Part shown: piece by piece, positions 51,175 to 59,655 of the stretch
How the letters are laid out: the number at the start of each line of letters is the position of its first letter
How positions within the stretch are numbered: the first letter of the stretch is position 1
Virus record (IMG/VR): IMGVR_UViG_3300006921_004083
Coordinates: 32,001-96,000 of that record
DNA length: 64,000 nt
From: a virus
Reading direction: 5' to 3' (one strand)
The notes under the pieces: generated by a model
What the model was told of the DNA's origin: nothing
Seen by the model: the letters and a program-made list of their open reading frames with translations, nothing else
The model's database searches: none
Translations under genes and position numbers: made by a program

Positions 51175-54100
51175 ATGAAAATTAAAAATAAAATAGGGTG
51201 TTTAGATAAAAAAGCTATTAATTACGATAGTACGTCTGATATTGCTTGTAAAAATTGTTGTGTAAGTGAAAAAGGTCAAAAAACTTTACAAAATTTGATT
51301 GAAAGGATAAGCCCAAAAAACCTAAAATCATTACAAAGTTATTCTTCCTATGCTCTTGGTTATCTAGATAATAGACCGTTTTTTAATTACATAACGCAGG
51401 CTGAAAAATATGGTTTACAAATAGGTTGTGAAGGTTACCATGAACATGAATTTGAGGGGAAAACTGTTTATATGGCTTGTGAAAATCACGAACCAATAAC
51501 AAATCAAAAAGAAAATACTCTTTCCTGTGAAGATTATATTGAAGGGGTAACAGAGAATGGAATAGTAATATGGAGTAATATAACCGAATTAGAAAAACAA
51601 AAAGATTGTTGTAAAAAAAGAAGTAAAGAAGGTTATCAGTGGGATGATATCACTAGAAAGTGTTATTTGAGGAAAAGTGATAATAAAAAGATTATAGGTA
51701 ATCACAGTGTGTTATCTTTTATAAACACTGTACCAGTTTGGTATACCCAAGGGGCTGCCAATGAATATGCTAATATAATAGAATGTACAGGTACTCACAC
51801 ACATGATGTTAATGGAAGAACGGGATATATGGCTTGTAGTGATCATACTACAGCCGAATCCCAATTCGCACCTTCATGTTTTAATACCGAAACAAGAGTA
51901 GATGGTAGTCTAGTATTCACCAATACCAACACTACTAATACCGTAATGACGAACCAAGCTTGTTGTCAACAGTGGATACAATATAGTTTTATGTGGAATG
52001 GAGAAGATTGCCAACCTCTAGAAAACTCTTTAACTTGGCAATGTATTGACGGTATAGTTACTGAAGTTTTAGATGGTAGCGGATATTACCAAAACTTTAA
52101 TGATGCGATAACTTATTGTGAAAGTAGTTCATATGGTGAACTTACATACGATTGTGAAAATAATAATTGTGAAGTTAATCCTGTAGGGGATGGACAATAT
52201 AGAGGACCCAATGCACTTACTGATTGTTTAATTTATTGTAAAGATTGTAATGAGAATCCAGTGTGTTGTGATACAATGGCAACAAATTGTGACAGTAAAT
52301 GTCAAACAGCATCCATTCACAATAATTGTGGATGTGATAACAGTTACTGTATCTATAATGTTGGGAATGTACAATTAAGAGGAACAACAAATCGTAGTGG
52401 TTCACAGTTAATGGCACGAGTTGGTAACCCAAGTTTACCAGGAGACACGAATTGTGATGGTATTGTTAATCTTGATGATTTGTTTAGTGTATTGGATAAT
52501 TGGCTACAAACAGGACCAAATTTACCAGGAGATACTAACGATGATAATATTGTTAATCTTGATGATTTGTTTAGTGTATTGGATAATTGGCTACAAACAG
52601 GACCTCCATGTAATAGTAGAGATAATACACCTCAAGGGACATTTACCCCAACCATAGTACCAAATGGATGTTCGGATTTATGTTTAACTTTTGACTTCCA
52701 ATCCATTATTACACAATTCGACCTAAATACAAATCTTAATGGGACAGGTATTTGGAGAGATTTTATAGACATACAAGTTCCAAACTACTGGTCTAACGTT
52801 GACCCATCTAGTGGAGTGTATAATATATTTACTTTACCCGATTCAAATGGCTTTATTCAATTATATGATAGTAATAATACAAATGTAGGAGTTGCGTCAC
52901 ATCAACAATCAGGAATCCCATCTAATTTTACATATACACTTCATTGGTTTGATTCAGGAGTTTTAACAGAAATCGTAGACCCAACGACGGACACTACAGT
53001 GTTACCTCCTAATTCTTATCTAATTAAAATAATTGATAATAACGCGATAAATGTAGATACAGGGTTACCGTGTGAATATTCTTATAATTTTGCAATAAAC
53101 AACTCAAATCACTTTATCATGAATACGTCCATTGGAGGTAGTTTATGTGCCATTTGGGGGTGTACAGATGCCGCGGCTGCTAACTATGAACCTACAGCTA
53201 ATGCTGAAAATAATTCTTGTAGTTACGTATTCAGTCAATCAGTTCCAGGATGTACTGACCCACTAGCATGTAATTATGACTCTTTAGCCACGTTTGATAA
53301 TGGAAGTTGTACATATAATTGTTATGGTTGTACAGACCCAGTTGCTCTTAATTTTAATACAAATGCAACAATTCCATGTAATGGAAATTATGGAAATTAT
53401 TGTGACACACCAGGACCATCCAACTGTTGTTGTGAATATCATTTAATGGTCTATGGTTGTACGGATCCATATGCACAAAATTACGACCCAAGCGCAGATA
53501 CAGACGATGGTTCGTGTGATTATACAATAGTTGGTTGTACTAATCCTTTGGCTAATAATTTTGACCCAGGGGCGACAGTAGATAACGGGACTTGTGAAAT
53601 ACCAGGATGTACTGATGATGGTACGGATTTGGCATTTCCAGGGAGACCAAATGGGTTTTTAGGTACGGCATCCAACTACGACCCAAATGCGACGATAAAT
53701 GATGATTCTTGTGTTTATGTGGATTGTGTTTATGGTTGTACGGACCCAACCTCAACTAACTATGATCCAGACGCAACATGTGATGATGATTCATGTTACG
53801 GAGGATGTTGTGGTGTCCAAGACGGGATTAAAGGACAAGAATATGTTATAACTGGGTTTACAGATAGTAAACTTAGTGATATTTTATGGCCCGGTTATAG
53901 TAACGCTTCTAGTGTATCAGAGGCAACCACAAATCCTGCTATGACAGACAAATACGGAGTTAATCCGTATTATCCATTAATAAAAAGAGTACCTTCATTA
54001 GGAATGAATGATGGGTGGACCGTTATAAATGAGAATCTATTTACGGCATACACTATTAATAATATACATTATTGGGATTACAGCACCATACCGACACCTT

Positions 54101-54348
54101 CACCTATAGGTGAAAATGTTATTACTCGTTTTGCAATACAAATGACAAATTGTTGTCCAGGATGTTTATATCCCGATATAAAAGAAGAATGGACTTTAGG
54201 TCATGTATTCCCTCCACAAATAGAAAATAATGTATTTATAGATAGAGGTCAGATATCTATTTTTGAAGACTACTATAGAATAACAGAAGTTGATAGACTT
54301 GAAGATTTTGACCTTTACCAAGGAGGATTCTTTAATATAATAAGTTAA
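51175..54348 (+). CDS. Cys-rich structural/adhesin-like protein with dockerin-like pair, His/Cys motifs and tandem GCTD repeats
   Basis: PGDTNxDxIVNLDDLFSVLDNW twice; C-x-G-x-H-x-H...YMAC..H twice; seven tandem GCT[DN] repeats; C-terminal VFIDRG...GGFFNII. Confidence 0.65.
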   Translation: MKIKNKIGCLDKKAINYDSTSDIACKNCCVSEKGQKTLQNLIERISPKNLKSLQSYSSYALGYLDNRPFFNYITQAEKYGLQIGCEGYHEHEFEGKTVYMACENHEPITNQKENTLSCEDYIEGVTENGIVIWSNITELEKQKDCCKKRSKEGYQWDDITRKCYLRKSDNKKIIGNHSVLSFINTVPVWYTQGAANEYANIIECTGTHTHDVNGRTGYMACSDHTTAESQFAPSCFNTETRVDGSLVFTNTNTTNTVMTNQACCQQWIQYSFMWNGEDCQPLENSLTWQCIDGIVTEVLDGSGYYQNFNDAITYCESSSYGELTYDCENNNCEVNPVGDGQYRGPNALTDCLIYCKDCNENPVCCDTMATNCDSKCQTASIHNNCGCDNSYCIYNVGNVQLRGTTNRSGSQLMARVGNPSLPGDTNCDGIVNLDDLFSVLDNWLQTGPNLPGDTNDDNIVNLDDLFSVLDNWLQTGPPCNSRDNTPQGTFTPTIVPNGCSDLCLTFDFQSIITQFDLNTNLNGTGIWRDFIDIQVPNYWSNVDPSSGVYNIFTLPDSNGFIQLYDSNNTNVGVASHQQSGIPSNFTYTLHWFDSGVLTEIVDPTTDTTVLPPNSYLIKIIDNNAINVDTGLPCEYSYNFAINNSNHFIMNTSIGGSLCAIWGCTDAAAANYEPTANAENNSCSYVFSQSVPGCTDPLACNYDSLATFDNGSCTYNCYGCTDPVALNFNTNATIPCNGNYGNYCDTPGPSNCCCEYHLMVYGCTDPYAQNYDPSADTDDGSCDYTIVGCTNPLANNFDPGATVDNGTCEIPGCTDDGTDLAFPGRPNGFLGTASNYDPNATINDDSCVYVDCVYGCTDPTSTNYDPDATCDDDSCYGGCCGVQDGIKGQEYVITGFTDSKLSDILWPGYSNASSVSEATTNPAMTDKYGVNPYYPLIKRVPSLGMNDGWTVINENLFTAYTINNIHYWDYSTIPTPSPIGENVITRFAIQMTNCCPGCLYPDIKEEWTLGHVFPPQIENNVFIDRGQISIFEDYYRITEVDRLEDFDLYQGGFFNIIS
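52434..52607 (+). repeat. Tandem 87-bp duplication encoding two dockerin/EF-hand-like Ca-binding repeats
   Basis: 52461-52517 and 52548-52604 are identical over 57 bp; period 87 bp (29 aa). Confidence 0.9.
53155..53800 (+). repeat. Tandem GCTD-x-x-A-x-NY coding repeats
   Basis: Seven units such as GCTDPLACNYD, GCTDPYAQNYD, GCTDPTSTNYD. Confidence 0.85.
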
Positions 54349-54365
54349 AATAAAAAAATTAATAA

Positions 54366-55259
54366 ATGGCAACAGGTAATTACGGAATAAAGAGACCAGC
54401 AGATGTACTTCCAGAGGACATAGACATCTTTTTACATTACACACCAAGTAGAGATACGGGTTTTGAAGATACGTTTGTAAAATTAACCCCTAGCAATGAG
54501 TATATAAGACAATATACAAAACCTACAGAAGGGGCAGTAGGTATTGGGATATTAGAAGGTATGTATAACCTTTCCCTACCACCAAGTATCTTTAATTCTA
54601 AAGGTATATATACAGTGGTGTTAAAACCTAGGGAAATAATAAAAGAAGTAGTTGATTGTGGAAACTTAGCGGCAATGCCCGAAGTAAAAGGAATTGTTAT
54701 GGATCAAACTTTATTAGGTAGTGCTGGGATTAATGGAGGATTGGTTGGATATAGACTAGAATATTACGAAGAAGCAACAAATAGAAAGATTCCAAACTTC
54801 TTTAGAATTGTAACATCTTCAAATTTATGTGAACCAGTAAATCAACAACTCTCTAATACAACACAAAAAGCAATAAGATATAATTTTAACGACAATGGGA
54901 GTTTATTATTTCTTACCCTAACACCTAGTTCTGCACCAAACGTAAAACCTAATGCAGAACCATTCCTAGGAAGAACAGGACAAAAACTAAGTATAACAAA
55001 CACATTCTTTAATCCAATATCAATAGAAATTGAAATAACAGAACATGATTTTGATACATTAGGGTATGGATTATTTGGTAATCAGACTAAGTCTATACAA
55101 GACGGAATTTATACTATATATGACACAGATAATAACATCTATAGACAATATAACTTATATGAAATTAAAGATAATTTTGATGATTCTTTATATGAGGTGA
55201 GACAACAAAGAAGCGACATAGACTTCACCAAAGATTTCAATAACATAAACGTATTATAA
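54366..55259 (+). CDS. Hypothetical structural protein
   Basis: 297 aa, globular-looking; MATGNYGIKRPADV...; coupled to the next gene (TAATG). Confidence 0.6.
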   Translation: MATGNYGIKRPADVLPEDIDIFLHYTPSRDTGFEDTFVKLTPSNEYIRQYTKPTEGAVGIGILEGMYNLSLPPSIFNSKGIYTVVLKPREIIKEVVDCGNLAAMPEVKGIVMDQTLLGSAGINGGLVGYRLEYYEEATNRKIPNFFRIVTSSNLCEPVNQQLSNTTQKAIRYNFNDNGSLLFLTLTPSSAPNVKPNAEPFLGRTGQKLSITNTFFNPISIEIEITEHDFDTLGYGLFGNQTKSIQDGIYTIYDTDNNIYRQYNLYEIKDNFDDSLYEVRQQRSDIDFTKDFNNINVL

Positions 55260-58200
55260 TGGCGTACAAAAAAGTAATAGGTAATTATCAATCTAATTTT
55301 GATTTTTCTCCAGATCTAGTAGGATTTCAGATCACCGAGGGGAGTCCCTTAATGACGCTTACCAATTTCTATACAACACCAGTCCCATCGGCGAAAAGTA
55401 GTGTTTTTTATGATACTGAGGGGTTTTCCCAACCAGTTACACTAAGTGATCTTAACTTGACTACATCACAAGGTGCAGAATTATTAAATAATAATCTAAA
55501 TCTAGTGTTAAATTTGGATGAGTCTGATTTATTTCATTATACATTATTTGGTAGTTTGAGAGAACATATAAAAGCTTCGGTAAAGAAAATTATTATAAAT
55601 TGGCCAGCTTCACTATTCATAAATAAAGTTAATATTAGTGGGTCCACAACATTTACCGCAATAAACTACATATACAATAGTGAAACTAACAGCTCAACGT
55701 TTAAGATACCGGCAGGAAATATAAGAAATAAATTTTTCATTAATCTCGATAATATTCCCAACACTTTCCAACAAGAACCAGGGAAAAAGTCAATGGCCTC
55801 AAGTTTTTATGATTATACCGTTCAATACCCAATTGCTAGTGCACAAACAATTACTAATTCTCCTGGTTATTATTCTCCTAATCAAGAATTTAGAGTAATT
55901 GGTTTTACTGGTTTTTCCTCACAAGAAACAGGATATATTGGAATAAAAGTAGTAGGAAATCCATTTACAGGGGCCACTAACGGGGCAATAAGACAAAATT
56001 TCCATATAAAACCTCAGGTTAATATAAGGGAAAGATATTTTAATAGATTAAAAGGACTCGATAGATTCTTACTTAATAGAGATTTTTACCCTATATACAC
56101 TTCAGAGTTTACCGTACCAGTTAAAGGTGAAGATCAAACCTTTACAGAAATAAAGAAAAAATTTACTTGGCCAGTATCAGACGGATATAATATAGATATA
56201 GACACTACCTTATATGGGGATTTTCTTTCATCACTTTTAGAGTTGGCCGATTCATATGATGACTACAAAACAGACTTAGTTGCCAGATTTTTTACCACAG
56301 ACTCAATAAAAGAATTTGACACGGACGATAAAAGAGTAGAAAAACTTTTAAGAATTTACGGAAGAGAATTTGATGAGGTAAAAAGATATATTGATGGTAT
56401 TGCGTTTGCTTCGAGAGTATCTTATGATAAAAATGATAATATTCCAGATAAGTTAATTAAGAATTTTGCACGTACACTTGGATTCGAAACTCTAGATTTT
56501 GCAAATCAAGAGAATCTTCTCGAATCTTTCTTTGGTGGGACTAATACGAATGTATTTTCAGGAACTTCTATAGGTATGACACCTGTAGAGTTTGATATTG
56601 AATTATGGCGAAGACTTGTATTAAATGCTGGGTATCTCTTCAGGGCAAAGGGAACAAGAAAAGTAATTGAGTTCTTTTTAAGATTTATTGGGGCACCAGA
56701 GTCATTAATAGAGTTTAATGAATACGTTTATACGGTAAAAGAAAAATTAGATATAAATAAAGTTGAGACTACTTTAACTTATTTAGATGCAAATAGAGGT
56801 GGAGAAGACGATGAAACGGCAGGAATCGACTTATCATACTACCCTATCGATAATGATGGATATCCTAAAGTATTACGTAATACAGAAGAGTACTATTTCC
56901 AAATGCAGGGAGGGTGGTATAGAGAAACTAATTTTATTGGTGCTAATAATCCACATTTTGGACCTTATGATGGTGGGCAAGCATATTTTAATAGATTTAG
57001 AAAATTTTCAGAGTCTTCCGGAGGAACCTTTACAATACCTTCAGTAGTTTCAGGTACTGTACCAGAAAATGAATTAGTGCCCGTATTAGTTTCTAATTCC
57101 GTAACTACTGATAATTTTAACTTTTTAACTGGTACCTTAGGGTATATTAATTCTTTACAAGGGGCAAGTCCTGGTTTAGGTTCGGCTTGGGCAACAGTAA
57201 GTGATGCTATAACTCAGGGACCCGCAGCGGTTTATGTTTTTGAACATATTGGAGAAAGTATACCAGCAGATAAACAAATATTGGCTAAAGCTCTTTACGA
57301 CGCTGGTTATGCAGTATTAACCATAAGTAACTACGCAACTTCGTCACTTTACCCTATTAATAATACCTCAGTTCATGCGAGTGGAGTACCTTGGGGGTTT
57401 GAACAAAACCCATTTGTTGATCCAAGTAATCCACTAACCCAAGGATGGTCCAATACCCCATCCTTTAACACTATGGACGGTTTTGATATAGTGACAGCAG
57501 GGGGCGATGCAAATATATTATCTTATAATGAAACACCAAATAATGATAAAATTAACACCCTTTATTTATATAATGTAAATGGTGGTAGATGGGTACACTG
57601 TCAAAACCCTAACTTATATAATTCCTCACAATTATTTACTAATATTATGGATTTCTTAACCATGAGAAATGAAAATAATAGGTATTATTATGATTTTGAC
57701 TGGTCTGAGTTTTATGAATCTAATGTTTTTGTAGGTAGTCCAGGCTTTGTTCTTTATCCACAAATTGATAATAAAAAATCTTGGGTAAATAATACAGGAA
57801 CAACAATAAATGCGTACAGAGAATGGGGACTAACAGATTCCCAGGCGAGTTCTACCACCACTACTAGAGATACTAATTATTTTGTTGGGGATGATGAAAG
57901 GTTAGTATTAAATACGAAAATGGTAGACTCCCATCTTAACATCGCAAAGGCTATGGAAACCGACATGTACAACTATAATAAAATGAGTGGTTTCCCGATT
58001 ACTATAAAGTATGATTACAATCCAAACATACTTGAAAATCTGTGGCCAGTTCAGAGTACTGGAAGGGGTTATAATAGACAAAACTTAGGTACTAATATAT
58101 ATTATGGGTCTTCTATGAGTGGATCAGGTTTTGCTGTGAGTGCGACTACATTTGCGCAGTATTTAGACAGAGTAAAAACACAATTTATTAATGTTAAAAA

Positions 58201-59323
58201 CAGAAAGACCATTGGTGGAGGAGGATTCGGATTCCAACCTAATTGGCCGGCATACCCTTTATTAAGAAATATTTTCGAGTCTTATGTGTCTGGAGGGACC
58301 TCTAGTACCGATAACGCTGGGGTAATTGTTCCACTTAATATCGGAAGTAACCAACTAAATTATCAAAAAATGTTAGGGTTTGTAAAAAAGATACAACCTT
58401 ATTGGTCTAGACTTTTAGAACAATTTATACCCGCAACTACGATTATAGGGATGGGAACCAAATACTCTAATACTGTTTTTGATAGACAAAAATTTGTTTA
58501 TAGACATGGACAAAGATCAGTAATTGATATAGATTCTGAAGACCAATCAGAATTAAAAAGCCAATGGTATAAGAAATATAGATTCATTTCTCAAGATATT
58601 GGACCTTGCGGAAACTCGACATACGCAGAACCACTTACTTTAAGAAATAATGATGGCTCAAATACTGCGCCAGGTGTTGGGAGTTTAGTTAGTGTTTTAA
58701 CTACAGGAAAAGAGTACTATTTTAGAATAGGATTAAAATTTAATTCAGGAAGATTAGGTAGACAACCCAACCAACAAATATCTTATAATGGTGGGGGTTT
58801 AATTGGAGACCCATTAAACCAAGGAGGATGTGCCGGGGTTGGGGCAAATGGAATGTCTATGGGATATGCAGAAAGACAAGGAAGGGTGTATCTAAAAACC
58901 GCATCTTCGGGGAGTCAAGATATTATTATAAACGTAAATGGACCTGGATTTTACGATGTTAAGTTTACACCGATAGCGGGGGCAAACCAATATTTACAAA
59001 TTAGTACAGACATCAATGGGTTAATAATTGAAAGTGTAAAGTTATATAATGTAACAGATTCTACTTATGTAGTTGATAATATGGTAAGAAATGGTAACTT
59101 CACCGAAGGGCTAGAATATGTTAATTATGGTTCCGCGGATCAAAGTAGAATGAGATACTGGTCTGGTGTTAATGGAAGTGGGGCCCCTCCAGCAAATCAC
59201 TCGAAGTGGTTAATAGAGGCCTCACCAATATATGATTGGCCAGGAACAGACGGTTCCGAGTCTGTAACTTTAGGTAATGATTGGTACTGCCAAGGAGTAC
59301 AACCATGGTGTGGTACAAACTAA
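55259..59323 (+). CDS. Baseplate wedge protein (P2 gpI / T4 gp7-like) with insertions
   Basis: NIPDKLIKNFARTLG...LWRRLVLNAGYLFRAKGTRKVIEFFL...IEFNEY and LLEQFIPAT. Confidence 0.65.
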   Translation: MAYKKVIGNYQSNFDFSPDLVGFQITEGSPLMTLTNFYTTPVPSAKSSVFYDTEGFSQPVTLSDLNLTTSQGAELLNNNLNLVLNLDESDLFHYTLFGSLREHIKASVKKIIINWPASLFINKVNISGSTTFTAINYIYNSETNSSTFKIPAGNIRNKFFINLDNIPNTFQQEPGKKSMASSFYDYTVQYPIASAQTITNSPGYYSPNQEFRVIGFTGFSSQETGYIGIKVVGNPFTGATNGAIRQNFHIKPQVNIRERYFNRLKGLDRFLLNRDFYPIYTSEFTVPVKGEDQTFTEIKKKFTWPVSDGYNIDIDTTLYGDFLSSLLELADSYDDYKTDLVARFFTTDSIKEFDTDDKRVEKLLRIYGREFDEVKRYIDGIAFASRVSYDKNDNIPDKLIKNFARTLGFETLDFANQENLLESFFGGTNTNVFSGTSIGMTPVEFDIELWRRLVLNAGYLFRAKGTRKVIEFFLRFIGAPESLIEFNEYVYTVKEKLDINKVETTLTYLDANRGGEDDETAGIDLSYYPIDNDGYPKVLRNTEEYYFQMQGGWYRETNFIGANNPHFGPYDGGQAYFNRFRKFSESSGGTFTIPSVVSGTVPENELVPVLVSNSVTTDNFNFLTGTLGYINSLQGASPGLGSAWATVSDAITQGPAAVYVFEHIGESIPADKQILAKALYDAGYAVLTISNYATSSLYPINNTSVHASGVPWGFEQNPFVDPSNPLTQGWSNTPSFNTMDGFDIVTAGGDANILSYNETPNNDKINTLYLYNVNGGRWVHCQNPNLYNSSQLFTNIMDFLTMRNENNRYYYDFDWSEFYESNVFVGSPGFVLYPQIDNKKSWVNNTGTTINAYREWGLTDSQASSTTTTRDTNYFVGDDERLVLNTKMVDSHLNIAKAMETDMYNYNKMSGFPITIKYDYNPNILENLWPVQSTGRGYNRQNLGTNIYYGSSMSGSGFAVSATTFAQYLDRVKTQFINVKNRKTIGGGGFGFQPNWPAYPLLRNIFESYVSGGTSSTDNAGVIVPLNIGSNQLNYQKMLGFVKKIQPYWSRLLEQFIPATTIIGMGTKYSNTVFDRQKFVYRHGQRSVIDIDSEDQSELKSQWYKKYRFISQDIGPCGNSTYAEPLTLRNNDGSNTAPGVGSLVSVLTTGKEYYFRIGLKFNSGRLGRQPNQQISYNGGGLIGDPLNQGGCAGVGANGMSMGYAERQGRVYLKTASSGSQDIIINVNGPGFYDVKFTPIAGANQYLQISTDINGLIIESVKLYNVTDSTYVVDNMVRNGNFTEGLEYVNYGSADQSRMRYWSGVNGSGAPPANHSKWLIEASPIYDWPGTDGSESVTLGNDWYCQGVQPWCGTN

Positions 59324-59334
59324 TAAATTAAAAT

Positions 59335-59655
59335 ATGTTAAAAAAAGGTAAATTAGATATAAATGTGACACTTACAACCAACTCGACTGTAGTTGGTTAC
59401 GAAAGATCACCAAATGAAGAAGTTTTAATGGAAAAACAAACTGCGGCTTATAAAAGTGGTAGTGGAACACTGGACAATAGAATTAATAATGGTACATTAA
59501 TACTAGGACAAAATATTGAAACTGATGGTGTGGTAGGTAGAAAGGATAAAAAACTATACGGCGGAAAATTAATGGGTATGAAAAGTGTGAATAACACAAA
59601 TACTATTAGAAGAATAAAAGGAACAATAAATTCATCACAGAACTCAAATGGATAG
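59335..59655 (+). CDS. Small basic hypothetical protein
   Basis: 106-aa ORF filling the gap and overlapping the next start by 8 nt. Confidence 0.5.
   Translation: MLKKGKLDINVTLTTNSTVVGYERSPNEEVLMEKQTAAYKSGSGTLDNRINNGTLILGQNIETDGVVGRKDKKLYGGKLMGMKSVNNTNTIRRIKGTINSSQNSNG

Noticed and set aside
52434-52607. 87-bp repeat as a CRISPR array or DGR template/variable pair
   Set aside because: Only two tandem in-frame copies, no spacers, differences are not adenine-specific, and no cas or reverse transcriptase gene is present
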